Program-made: the position numbers and the translations under genes
In this document: in pieces, positions 19,930-34,245 of the stretch
How positions within the stretch are numbered: the stretch's first letter is position 1
How the letters are laid out: every line of letters starts with the position of its first letter
The notes under the pieces: model-generated
Databases searched by the model: none
What the model saw: only the letters and a program-made list of their open reading frames with translations
What the model was told of the DNA's origin: nothing
Source of the DNA: the human T2T-CHM13v2.0 reference genome, Homo sapiens
NCBI RefSeq assembly: GCF_009914755.1
Contig: NC_060937.1
Strand: one strand, 5' to 3'
Length of the DNA: 64,000 bases

Positions 19930-20017
19930 TGGTTTTGGGAGTCTTTCTTCTTCTTGAGCTCTGTCTTCTGAAGTGGAACTCAGAATAATTGAACATTAAC
20001 ATAAAAAGTTATCTCTA

Positions 20018-20680
<663 letters not shown>

Positions 20681-20816
20681 ACTTTTTTGGCTTTTTGAGT
20701 AGACTGAGATAATTTCCAGTTATCTAAGAATATTTAAGTATTCTTATAAGTTACAATAGATGAAAAATATTTTAAGGGAAACCATTTTATCTTTCTCTTT
20801 AAAAAAGTAAAGGGGT

Positions 20817-21188
<372 letters not shown>

Positions 21189-21308
21189 TCATAAATTGAA
21201 CATTCATTAAAGTGATGTTATGTAATATCCAAGCAACTTGCTTGACCAAAGGTACGAATTACTTTGAATAATGCTAAATTTCTAATTATCATCCACCTCT
21301 TATTTCAG

Positions 21309-21415
21309 ATACCCTATCATCTTTACTCTGTTGGAGAGGAGCTATAATGGTCTATATTAAAGTTACTGTTCAGACAGATGATTCCAACAAATTGCTTTCA
21401 TTACTTTATCGGTAA
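21309..21415 (+). CDS. ATP11AUN: ATP11AUN (C13orf35) putative ORF, coding exon B
   Basis: Acceptor ccacctcttatttcAG at 21307-21308 with branch-like tctaat at 21281-21286. The phase-1 join G|AT gives [35 protein letters not shown], for 86+35 = 121 aa in total. Confidence 0.8.
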
Positions 21416-21900
21416 TTTTAAGCACTACACAACTTAGTTGTTTTTTTCTGGAAGAAAACTGGAATTAAAATCATTGATCCTTTAGAGAAATAAAACAAAG
21501 GAGAAGGGAGTGTACAAAATAAATAAGAAAAGAATTCTTACCATACTTTCCTGTATTCTTACTGAGAAATAAAAATGGGACATTGAGAAGCAAAATTAAT
21601 CCCGATTAGGCTCGCTTTGGGACAAGCAACCACTTTGCATGATTACCCATCGTTAGGTGTGAAACGGAGCCAATGATCGCTCATTGTCGAGGAGAAAAGA
21701 CCTGGAGACCACGGCTTATCCAGTCTCGCTCCTGACCTGCATCTGAACACCTGAAGGAAGAAACTTTAACAAGAAAAAGACTTCAAGTGACAGAGGAGAC
21801 AAAAGTCTCAAAGGTGCAGAATTCAAGAACTCATGGTGTCTCAGGATGGGTGTGAAAGTAACAAATATGAGATCCCCTGACAACTAAACCCAGGCATGTC

Positions 21901-21988
21901 CAGGAATCCCGGGATGCGGTGAAAGTTTTCACAGTGGAGCTCACAGGAATCCCCAGATGCCGTGAAAGTTTTCTCAGCGGAGCTCACA
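21901..21988. repeat. 43-bp tandem duplication
   Basis: caggaatccc..gatgc.gtgaaagttttc.cag.ggagctca at 21901 and 21944. Confidence 0.85.
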
Positions 21989-22181
21989 CCAGCATTGTCT
22001 GGAATATTAAATGTTGTTATGCTTTGAGATTGGCACTTATGCCATTCAAATTTTTTTATTAAGAAGTACAATGAAATTTAACTTATTCCATTTTTGACAC
22101 CAATGTAATGACCAAATTAAACTAGATTTTCAAAAATAATCAGAGGCCCTGCCCCACAAACTCCTCCTGGGCACAGGAAGA

Positions 22182-22618
22182 TGTGGGGCCAGTCAGTAGT
22201 GACTCCTCTTGGGTGCTGATCCACCATGCTGAATTCAGACCGGCGCCAGTCCCCTGAGCGCCTCCCAATTCCTATGTGATTTCCTGTCCCTAGTATATGA
22301 ACATGTCAGCCTTGATGTGATCACACAAATTATGGGCCATGACGCATCTACCACTCTTGCCTGTTCTGAAGGGCTGCCTTTAGTTGTCTTGCAAAGAGCA
22401 CTTACACCTCTTCCCTACGGCACAGAAGCCCTGGGTCTGGGGTGACAGGGGCAGAGACCTGCCTGTCCTCCAGCCACCCAAGACCATGCTTCTGTCTGTA
22501 GGTTCCCCCAATAAAACACCCTTTACTGACAGATTTCATTGGTCTGGCTTATTCTTTGGTTTCTCAGCTCCTTCGGCGTTTGAGGGCCATGTTGCATATG
22601 TGGCCCTTTCCCGGAACA
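22182..22618 (+). mobile_element. Solo LTR (ERVL-class, LTR47-like)
   Basis: TG...CA ends and near-TSD gaaga/ggaga. Internal agccctgggtctggggtgac...ttcccccAATAAAacaccctttactgaca...ggccctttcccggaaca. Confidence 0.7.
22510..22515 (+). terminator. Poly(A) signal AATAAA inside the LTR, candidate ATP11AUN 3' end
   Basis: AATAAA, CA dinucleotide at 22530-22531, then a GT/T-rich downstream tract (ttggtctggcttattctttggtttct). Confidence 0.5.
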
Positions 22619-23065
22619 GGAGACAATGTTCTACGTCACGTTCCAGGACAAATGGCCTGGCAGAGCATGGCAGATGATCTCAGGGGGCGTTTGAGCAGGA
22701 CCTCACTCTCCATAGCTCTCCTTCCCGGTGACAGGAGTCATGCGGGATAGATGGCCTTGCACGGGGCACTTTTCACTCTGCGAGTGCTCACGCCTTATGC
22801 TCTTCATTTTGTTAGTGCTCGTCAGCTAAAATAGCAGGTTAACTAATTCTTTCAGCATCTGCTGAGCACCACGCTATGCCTGAGGAGAGAAAGGTCGATA
22901 ACTGATGATAACTGATCATCCAACAGGTTCACGTTCAGGTGGGAGACAGACATTGAGATGAACGACTCAGAAACCTGCTACACTGGGAGCTTTTACAAAA
23001 GCTTGGACCCCACTCCAAACCAACTGAGTCAAAATGTCTGGAGAAAGGCTGCCTGGGAAGTGCTA

Positions 23066-23344
<279 letters not shown>

Positions 23345-23540
23345 TGGGGAAGTGCTATTGGTTAAAAAAAAATTCCCTAAGTGAGTTTAATCTGTAACCG
23401 GGGTTGAGAAATACTGCTGTGGAAAAATAACTAAGCTTTACTAAGTGGTGCCATTAGGAATGCTAAGTGGGGGAGTGATTAGTGATAACCGAGCCGGAAC
23501 CCAGGCAGGTGTAGGGAGAGATGGCATCTGAGAATGACTA

Positions 23541-23961
<421 letters not shown>

Positions 23962-24831
23962 AGAACTTTAGGACCAATCCCTGGGGAGATGGTCACCTAG
24001 GTAATTCTGGACCTGTGGGGATAGCGACTGAAGACACGTGTGCACAGCATGGGCCAGTAACTTGGAGGAGCAAGGCTGTTTGCCCTCGGAGGCCCAGCTT
24101 GAGTCACCACCCTCAGGTAATAGCTCTTTCTAGCACCAAAATGACACTCATTAATAATTCACACTTCCTGGTTCTGTGTCTACAGCAGTTGGCTCTGGCT
24201 TTGGGTTTGTCATTTCAGGTCTCGGTGCAACAATTCTTCTGAACTGTCTTTGCAGGAAGACCTCATTTTTTTGCCCCCACTCCCTTATTTCCCCCCAGTT
24301 TTTTTCACTTAGGGGCCAATGAATCCAAGATTTCTTTGGAAAGAAAGGTGGAGGGAGGAATGCAGGATAGGTGTTTATGAGTCTGTGTGTAGGTGAGGGT
24401 GTGGCCAGGGTGTCACCTGAAGCACCCATTTGCAAACCCACAATTTCAAGTCTTGGGGTTGGCCTCCTAGCTGTTGCCTCCTCCTCATTCATCCCATCCC
24501 TCCAGCACTGTGAAGCAGCTGTGCTCGCAGTGGGTCAGGGGTAGGTCCTGGTTATTTGAGGCGAAGACAATTTCATTCCCCTTGGACACTTACTAGTTTG
24601 GTGATGTGCACTGACCTCGGGCCTAAGCCAATCATCTCAGGGACTCTGCTACTTGCGTGACAGACTGGGCAGGAGTGGGCACGTGACTTAGCTGGCACGT
24701 CACTGTGAAGTCTCTCCTTCTGCTTAGATGTGAAGGAAGAAACTTGCAGGCCCTGGAGTTCTGGCAGTCGTTTCACTTTTGAATGCACTGGGAGGGGCAC
24801 CAACACATTACATTATCATTTATTCAGTCTA

Positions 24832-25407
24832 TGGTAGATTATTTCCAAAGATAATCCCCCATAAATTCTCTGTATGATAATCCCTCATAAGGATTAGGAG
24901 TTCTCATAATCCCTCATAAGGATCCCTGTCTGTACATGGGATCCTCCCATCAAGGAGTGAAATCTACGTTCTTATCCCTTGAATCTAGGCTGGCCTTGGA
25001 ATTTATATTCACCAGTAGAACATGGTAGAAGTCATATTCTTGGACTTCCAAACCCGGGCCTTACAGGCTGTATAGCGTCCACATTGACCCTCCTGAGCTG
25101 CCATGTAAAAAACTCAGGCTAGACCACTGAATGATGAGAAGCCAGAGAGAGACAGCAAGGCCGGCCTGCCCCCAGTGTTCTATCGCCCTAGCTGAGACCC
25201 CAGCTGTGTGACTAGACCACAGGAAGCTTCCAGCCCCAGCTGACCCCCAGAAGAATGCAGCTGCAGGACAATCCCAGCCAACAACAGGTGGAGCAGAAGC
25301 ACCATCGCACCAATTCCGCAGGGTCCTGAGAAATGGTAACCCACTCACTGCCGTTTCAGCTCCTGCACTCGCGGTCACTCGTGACACAGCCAAAAATAAC
25401 TGACTCA
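24832..25407 (+). mobile_element. MaLR solo LTR (MLT1F/G-like)
   Basis: tggtagattatttccaaagat...cccttgaatctaggctggcc...gccatgtaaaaaactcaggctagac...cagccaaaaataactgactca. Confidence 0.65.
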
Positions 25408-25412
25408 CAGGG

Positions 25413-25755
25413 TGTCTTAGTCTGCTCAGGCTGCTGTAACAAAATCCTTTAGATGGCTATTCATACACACAGAAGTTTGCTTCCCACAGTTCTGAAGGCT
25501 GAGAAATCCAAGATCAAGGTCCCAGCAGATCTGGCATCTGAGAAAAGTTCTCTGCTTCATAGAAGGCCTCTTCTAAGCATCTTCATATGGCAGAAAGGGC
25601 AAGCAGGCTCCCAAAAACCTCAGTTTTAAAGGGCACTAATCCCATTCCTAACCACCTCCCAAGGCCCCCACCTCTTAATATTTGGGATTAGGTATCAGGT
25701 ATTTGGGATTAGGTTTCCACGTGTGAATTTGGGAGGACACCTTCAGACCATAGCA
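25413..25755 (-). mobile_element. MaLR solo LTR (MLT1A/MST-like)
   Basis: tgtcttagtctgctcaggctgctgtaacaaaat...ttcagaccatagca; perfect 5-bp TSD caggg (25408-25412, 25756-25760). Confidence 0.85.
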
Positions 25756-28292
25756 CAGGGTGAGTTGGACTTTGTTTTTTAATAGCCCTGATTTTTTTTT
25801 CTTAGATTTACCGTGAAGATGCTGACATGTGTTAGAAACAGAAAATCCAGCTCATGTGGTTTAAACGGAGACGTCTCTCATAGCAGGAAATTCCAGGTGA
25901 GGGCAGCAGGATTTTGGTGAATTGCCTGGTTGTGCCACCAAGGACTCCTGCTCTTCTCATCTTCCCAGGCGGCCACCCCAGGGTGAAGATGCTCTTCCGG
26001 CCACCTTCTCTTATAAGTGCAAAGGGCTGCGGAGCACCAGGCATTGCATCCAGACAGGGAATGCAACATTCACCAGGGAAAAAGGAGCATTTCCTCTTTA
26101 TGTTCCTGTAGGAGTGAGAAAACCTTTGCCAGACAACCCCCAGCAGGCTTCCTGTTGGGACTCATTGACTTGAGCTTGTTTGAAGCCAATTGTTGGAAAG
26201 AGAAATGGAGTTACCAAGATTTTCTCAAGAGACAGAGTTTACCCTTAGCCACACAGAGTGGATACCTGAACCAGCAAGGATAGAGAGGGCATGGCTGCTG
26301 CATTGTCAACCAACAGTATTCACAACAGAATGAAAAACAATTCACATTTACTACTGAATAAAGCAGACACTCCTGACAGACAGGCAGCCTTGATCTAGTG
26401 CCTTATACAACCTCTGATTGCGCCTCGACCCCAATCCCACAGTCACGGTTTACAAGGTAGAAGCTTAGTCAAAATCCGGCTTCAGCAGTCAGGGTTCTTG
26501 CAGGAAACTGAAGGTGTTCTTGGGAGGGGATTTGGAAGCGAGTTTGATGAAGGACTCTTTGTTGCGGTGTGGTCATGGTTCAAGGATCCTTCAAAGGGTG
26601 CTGCTATTTAGGGACCAGCAACAATGGCAGACCGACAACATGTCTCACCCTAAGAGGCTTGGGGGCGGGGAGAAGTTCTGTTCGTAGAGCCTAGAGGAGT
26701 TGTGCAATGGAAAGGGCACCCAGGAAGAATCGTAGCCACAGAGTGAAACCAACACTGGTGGGTGTGGGGCCAGGCCAGGAAGGAGAGGGGAAGAGGCCCC
26801 TGCCTCCCTCCTACCCGGTCTGCAGCAGGTTGTCCCTGTGGGTGAAGATCCACTGAGGGGGACCGCCAGCTTCCTGAGCACAGGGCAGGCCAGAGCAGGA
26901 CAGGCTGGGATGGAAAATGAAGAATCAGTGCTTTAGCCGACAACAAATGGGAGCCGTTTACTGTTTAGTCACTATGATTAGTGTTCACTAGTACTCATTT
27001 CTCTTCGTCTAAAAAGTGGCCAACACCATCTCTTTTCCACAAGCACTCGGGAGAACATTCATATTCAATTGCCTTCCTAAGACCCAGACGGGGCAGCGCT
27101 CTCCACAGGCCACCAAAAGGTGTTGCCTGTTTGGTTTCATCAGTGATTATCTGTGGCAGCAAGACAGGAAGTTGGAAATCAAGTACCTCAATTAAGTCAA
27201 GGCTGACCGTGGAATTAGAGAACAAGTGTTTGTTACCCCGGCCAGGTCACCCTAGGGAAAACAGGCATTCTCCGGGATTGAAATGGTGGTGTTTGTGTGG
27301 TAAATAGTTCTCAGTCCAGTTCAAAGCCAGCAGCATTAAGGACACGCCACCGCCACCGGGAGCTGGAGACCAGGCGAAGCTGAGCTCCTCTGTGGTTCAC
27401 CAACCCCTCAGGCCGCCTAAGTGTCTTCTGCTGTCGCAGCTTTGGGGACAGAGGGGTTTCGGAAACAGGGGCCTCTTGTCTGCACCCTCCCCTCCCACTG
27501 ACAGGCTGGCAGCCCAGGGCAGCCACCTGAGGAGCGTCCCTGTGTCTCTCCATCTGCAGAGCAGGAAAAGCCTGCGGGTCGGTGGCGCCACGCTGGGGCG
27601 AGACCCAGCTTCGGCTCAGGAGATCTCCCACCCAGCCGGACTCCCGCTCTCTGCCCGCGGCCCCCTCCCACACTCCCACCTCGCCCCGCGATCTCACTGC
27701 CCCATCGAGGCTTCCGGGCGGAGGAGAAAAGTTTTCCGGCAGGAACCCGGGAAGGAAGCCCTGGGACCCTGGCTGAAACTCCGGGTTTCCCCAGTGCCGA
27801 GTCCCTTCCCCGCCGCGCCCAGCGCCTGCGCCCCGGGAGGCGGAAGCAACAGGGGGGTTCCTCCCCGCGGCCTCTGACCTCTGCCCTCTGCCCTCTGCCC
27901 CCAGGGTCTGGGGCCCGGGCGGAGGCGCGAGGGGGCAGGGCCGGCGCGCGGGTGCGAGCGCGGGTGTGGGCGCGGGGCCGGCGGGGGCTGCGGCCGCGGG
28001 GCGCATGCTCACTTGCGCCGGTGACGTGCGCGCCCGGAGCAGGGGCAGGAGCCAGCGGGGCCCGGAGGCTCCAGAGGGCGGCGGGCAGGGGAGGAGGAGA
28101 CTCGGGAGGAGCAGAGCGCAGGCTCCGCCGCGGCCGGGGTGCTCCAGCCGAGCCCAACCGAGCGGGCGGACCGACGGGGAGAGAGAAGGCGCCAGAGCGC
28201 GCGCGCGCGGCCCCGAGCAGCAGCCTTGCCGCCAGTGGAGCAGCTGCCGACGCGCGGGGCCGCGGACCCAGCATTCGCCGGCCGGGCCGGGC

Positions 28293-28349
28293 ATGAGCGC
28301 GGAGGGGCCGCGGCCGCCCCCTGCACCGCCCGGCGCGCCGAGGCCGTGA
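28293..28349 (+). other. Candidate uORF1 of ATP11A (MSAEGPRPPPAPPGAPRP*)
   Basis: ggcATGa (G at -3), TGA at 28347-28349. Only relevant if the TSS is upstream of 28293. Confidence 0.5.
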
Positions 28350-28389
28350 CCGGAGCGGGGGGCGCGGCCGCACTAGTACCCCGGAGCCC

Positions 28390-28422
28390 ATGGGCGCGCC
28401 GAGCCGGGCGCGGGGGCGCTGA
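28390..28422 (+). other. Candidate uORF2 of ATP11A (MGAPSRARGR*)
   Basis: cccATGG (G at +4); ends 29 nt before the main ATG. Confidence 0.55.
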
Positions 28423-28451
28423 ACGGCGGAGCGGGAGCGGCCGGAGGAGCC

Positions 28452-28490
28452 ATGGACTGCAGCCTCGTGCGGACGCTCGTGCACAGATAC
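28452..28490 (+). CDS. ATP11A: ATP11A coding exon 1 (P4-ATPase phospholipid flippase), N-terminal 13 aa MDCSLVRTLVHRY
   Basis: Strong Kozak gagccATGG, phase-0 canonical donor TAC|GTGAGT at 28491, within a CpG island. Peptide matches the recalled ATP11A N-terminus. Confidence 0.95.
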
Positions 28491-29217
28491 GTGAGTGCTC
28501 CCGGCGCGGGCTGGGGGACCCGGGGACCAGACAGACGCGGGCCGGCCCCGCAGCCCGGACCCTGTGGCCGGTCCAGCCCCGGGGTCCCGGGAGGTCTCCG
28601 ATGTCTGGGACTCGGACCGCCCCCGGGGACGAGCGGGATGCTGGGGAGGGGCCTCGGAGTTGACACCCTGGGGCTTCCGACGGGGTCTAGGTGGGCACAG
28701 CGCGGGGCCCCAGCCCCGGGCGGCCACCTGCTCCCTGGCCGCGGCCGCCTGGCGCCCCCTTCCCGCCCGCAGCGCCCTGGGGGTCCCTCGGAGAGGCTGG
28801 CTGGGGTTCGAGCTGTCCCGGCGGACCGGGCGCCCGGAGGGAGCCAACTTCGACCCCGCCGGGGCCCGGGTCTGGGGAGGAACCTTCAGATGCGGCTTCC
28901 GCGCAGCCGTGTCTGTAAGATTAAGGGATTGGGAGGAAGCGTTACACTTCTGCAGAAAAAGGTAGCAATTGTGTTTGTTCTTTAACACCCCTGGGGGATT
29001 CAGAAGCGGAGTTTGGAATCTTTTTATTTTTTACCTTAAAGTAACCAATTAGATCAGAAGTCCGGGGTCTTCTTGGGTTCCTCTGGAATTTGCCCCTTCA
29101 GTGATAAGCAAGTGAAGAGCTCAGGAGGGAAGACTCGGAAGGGGAAAAGTTGATTTTGTTTTACACCAGAGGAGGGGAAACCGGAATCCCTGGCGTTAGG
29201 TGTAAAAAGGGGTGTGT

Positions 29218-29638
<421 letters not shown>

Positions 29639-31321
29639 TCACAGGTTCGAGAAGTCGCATGCACCGGGTTTGATACTAGAGAGGGCAGTATTATGGGAAC
29701 TTTGTTCTTTCCCGGCATAGGAATTACCTCAGGCAGCCTTTCATATTTATGAGCCTTCTTTAAATAGGAGACCTTGGCCAAAGATAGATAGGTTTCTTTT
29801 CAGTGGGGGATGCCAGATCAATGCTTTCCCCCGGATTTATTTATTAACCAAAAACCTCGGAGAGTCAAGGAGACTTGAGTGCACCTTACATCGTTTCCTG
29901 ATCTCGGGGAAGCCTTAGGAAGGTCAGCCTGACTTACTTAAGTGGAGAGAACTCACCCCTGGTGATTCTGATGATTCCGATGCTAGATCTTGAAAGGCTT
30001 GGCTCCAGGAGCCTTGTGTTACTCCCTCACTGGTGCTCGAGCCCCCAGTTCAAATCCTAATGTGAGTGGTAAACCTGTGTTTCACTGTGGTAACGTTATA
30101 GAAGACCCAATCACAGTGACTATAGGTAACCTGCAGTGTAAGAGAAATGCTTTATTGGGCGGAAGCTTCTGTTCTCAGTTGTGTCGCTCAGAAGTGTGGG
30201 TCCCTAGACACCTTATTTTCCTGCTTTGTTTCCTTCGAGCGAAATGGAAGAGGGAAGGGACTAACACTCACTTTGCCCGCGGTGTTCCCAGTTCATTCCG
30301 TTCCCTTCTAACACTCAGTGTTAAAAAGGAGGGTCACGTTGTGGGGCTAATGTGCAGCCTCTTTCCATAGAAATGAGAGATGGATGGGCCAGCCCGGCTC
30401 ACCCTTTGGAGAATCCCCCCTTCCCAGCCGGTTTCTGACCCCTTCATCTTGGGAGGGGGACAGACAGACGTCCAATTTTGATGCTTGACTCCCTTTCTCC
30501 AGGCCTTCAGCTGTTTTCTGTTATATAGATCTATATAAGTGTTTGCGTAGCTTGCATTTTTAATTCCCCTTTGCTGTATTATTACGCTTATGGCATCACA
30601 TTTTCTTTTAATCTAAGCGGTAAATATTCTTTAGTGAACTTTTCCAGCATATACATTATTGGATAACGTCTCGGGAATACGAGTTGTGGGATAATATTAT
30701 TTCTGTTTTTCTCATTCCACCTGTGTTTTTTGCAGTGTATTCATCTGGCTACCTCACCCATATTTACACACAGAGCCATTCATCTCTATCATTTTAAGTT
30801 CATGTCTATGGTATTAAACTAATTTGACTTTTTCCAGAAACAGTCATGATCTGTTTTCTTGTAATTGCGTTATCGTCCACTATGTAGGACTAAATTATAT
30901 TTCCTTTTGCTACAGAAAAAAGAGTCTGGGATTGAATACTCATATTTCCTCATGGTTTCCTTATGTGACTTACTTTATTAAAAAGGATAGATAAATAGAC
31001 CCTGTTCCTTCTTGGTGTTCACATAGTCAGAATTCCTGGGACAAAGAAAGCTTTCCAGCTCCTTCTGATGTGTGAGGGTGGCTAAAAGATAAAGAAGTCC
31101 TTGGAAAACATTGCTGTAGGCATTTTATTGTGGATTAACCCTGGAGAGATAGCAGAGGCAAATGAGTGAGAGAACAGATGAAGGTTAGGCCAGGGTAGCC
31201 AGGTACTCCACACTGTGTGTTACTGGTGGTTTGGGTGTTTGGATGGACCGGAGCCATGCAGAGATACTTTGTATTTGTAAATGGTGCCGTGTTTGTATAC
31301 CATGAGGAGTGCTTGTGCTTA

Positions 31322-31668
31322 TGGGGTAGTGTATGCTCCCTGGGGTGATGTATGTGCTCTGGGGGGCGTGGGGAAAAGCGTGTGTGCCGTGGGGTAGTGT
31401 ATGTGCTGTGGGGTAGTGTATGCTCCCTAGGGTGATGTATGTGCTGTCGGGGGCGTGAGGTGGTGTATGCTCTCTGGGGTGATGTATGAGCTGTGGGTAC
31501 GGGGAGAGGGGACGGGGTGGAGAGTGTGTGTGCCGTGGGGTGGTGTATGTGCTGTGGGAGCCATGGGGTAGCGTGTGTGCCGTGGACTGGCGTATGTGTT
31601 GTGGAGTAGTGTATGTGCTATGGGGTAGCATATGAGCCATGGGGTAGTGCATGTGCCATGAGGTAGTT
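31322..31668. repeat. Degenerate ~19-bp GT-rich minisatellite
   Basis: Recurrent ggggtagtgtatgtgctgt / ggggtgatgtatgtgctct units. Confidence 0.8.
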
Positions 31669-31704
31669 TGACCTCCATGACGTAACACTTTAAAAGCACT
31701 TCTA

Positions 31705-32070
<366 letters not shown>

Positions 32071-32144
32071 TCAGGTAGTTTAAGTTCCGAGAGGAACCAG
32101 GGCAGCCTCAGCGGGTAGCTTAGATACTTTTCTTAGATACTCTC

Positions 32145-32300
32145 TGGGCAGTGGCCTGAATGCTGAGTGGGAGCCTCCCTGCCCTTCTTAGCCATGTGGC
32201 CTTGGGCAAGTGGCTTAATTCCTTCTGCCTCAGTTTTCTCCTCTGAGGGTAAGAGCAGTACTCATTTCATAGCTATTGTGAGGGTTGAATGAGGTAATCT
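32145..32300 (+). mobile_element. MIR fragment
   Basis: Core ...tagccatgtggccttgggcaagtggcttaattccttctgcctcagttttctc...catagctattgtgagggttgaatgaggtaat. Confidence 0.75.
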
Positions 32301-34049
32301 GGGTGGAGAGCCAAGAATGGGGAAGCTCTCAGTCCGTTTGTCATGCCTGGCTGTTAACATAGCTGAGTCCCTGGGTAGGGTTGGCTGGGGAGAGAGCAAA
32401 CCTATGGGCTGCCAGTGCTGCTGCTCAGCTACCTGTGGGTCCCGGCCTGCTGGCGTCGTGGGTCACAGGAGAGGTAAACCGGGCACCCTGACACTGAGCA
32501 TGGTGTGGAGCTCAGGTAGGATTCAGAAAGCTTTACACGCTGTGGTAAAACAGCCCTTGATCTCTGTAAGGCTGAGCATCCCGGCGTGGGCAGGATGCTT
32601 CCCTCCCTCTTCCCTTCCATGCCTCTATGTAGGGCATTTGATTTTTCTTCAGAGTTCTGTGGGTCAAGAACTCAGTCTTGTTATGGTCCTATAATCTTCT
32701 TTCAATGATTCAGCCCAGATATTCCTTGTTAGTTTTGTTCTTTTGCCTGTCAGAGCTTCTGCTTGTTTCTACCTTACCATTCTTGCTTCTTAACATTCTA
32801 AGATAGAAAACATTGAAGGATCTGAAGGATTTCCTTGCTGACAGTAGATAATTACTTTCAACACAAACTGTTATAAGTTTTTTTCTAAGAGAAAAATAAA
32901 CATTTTTGCTTCCCGAGAACTTGAAGCAGTGCTATATTAGAGTGTGTTAAACCTTCTAGAAAGTCCAGCTATTTATATGCATGCATACATATCTGCTTCT
33001 TTTATTTATTACCGAATGGTGTATAATGTGAACATCAGTGTTCAACTGTGAGGTTGCCCCTTCTGAAAGACAGACTTATTTATTTAACTCAGTTATGCCA
33101 GCCCCTGTTTTAAAATTTTAGAAATGCCACATAATTTTGGAGTTTCTTTTCCTAATCCAGGATTAGACGATCCAGTGGGACCTTGCTGTTGTTCAGCTGC
33201 TGGAGTCTACACCACAGGAGCACTAAGTTAAGCTGCTTTAGCTGCCAAGGTCTTCAGGTATTTGAAATAAGTGAATCCTGAGGCATAGAATCCAAGACTA
33301 ATAATCTGTCTCCAGCAGTGTGGTGGCAAGCCTGCAGTACAGACTCGTAAAGTGTTCATAATTAACAAATGTTTAACCAGGCAGCTCATCACACGAATTC
33401 ACCAAGCACCCTTCTTGTCTTCAGGGCCTCGTGTCTTCCACCTGGACATTCTAAAGCAGTCTGCCCAGATGCATAATTTCACCTTTGTGTCTACACAAAG
33501 GTTGAATCATTTCCATTGCTTTTTGGAACCCTGTTGAATGTCTGCTTATTAGGAACAAGCATCTTGAGGTGCTTTTATTTCTTGCCAGGGAGTGAATTTA
33601 ATAACCTAGAGGGAAAAAAGTTTGTATTATTAGGTTTGGCTATAGTCAGCTAAATTTCTAGGGATAAGAACACTGTCTTCAGTTTACAATTAGTTAAAAC
33701 TGTGTTGAATCCATGAATAAAAATACATAGTTGCTTAACTACACATGAAATCCTCTATTTACAGATGTATTAAACCCTAAAACCCAAAATACAAATTGTT
33801 CTCTGGTGCTTGGAGCATATGTTCAATAGAAACAGGGTTAATAAAAGATTCTCAAGTCCCAGACTTATCAATGTTTTTTTAACCAAGTTAAATGCTGGTA
33901 AAAATGCTATTTATTTGCAATAAAAATCAATAGCAAGCAAGTTTTACAGAGTAGAAATTCAAGAAGATCAGATAAGGGATGATTTTCTCTTTCACTTGGA
34001 TATTATTATCTGAGAAGAACAAAATGGTACATCCCAGAGGTGCCGAGGT

Positions 34050-34245
34050 TAGGCGTCGGAGTCTGACAGACCCACATTCAAGTTCCGTCTCGGCTGACGG
34101 CTGCGTGGCCTTGGCAAGTTGGTTGCCCCCTGTACGCTTGGTGCCCCATCTGCAAGGTGGGGACTATGATGGTGCCCACCTGGTGGGTCTGTGCAGTGAC
34201 GGGACAGGTCACGGCGCTCGTGCACGCTGGGTGCCCAGTGCACGG
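34050..34245 (+). mobile_element. MIR fragment, unusually GC/CpG-rich
   Basis: cagacccacattcaagttcc...ggctgcgtggccttggcaagtt...ccccatctgcaaggtggggactatgatggtgcccacct follows the MIR core layout. Confidence 0.6.

Larger units (their letters stand above)
27560..28920 (+). promoter_or_regulatory. CpG-island promoter / first exon region of ATP11A
   Basis: Very high GC and CpG density. GC box gggcgg (~27917), NRF1-like gcgcatgc (28001-28008), CRE/ATF-like gtgacgtg (28021-28028). No TATA box seen. Confidence 0.92.

Noticed and set aside
27311-28988. Long ORFs (327 and 523 aa on the minus strand, several on the plus strand) over the CpG island
   Set aside because: Stop-codon depletion in very GC-rich DNA with low-complexity Arg/Pro/Gly/Ala content. 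The 177-aa ORF from 28452 is read-through of the ATP11A exon 1 donor.
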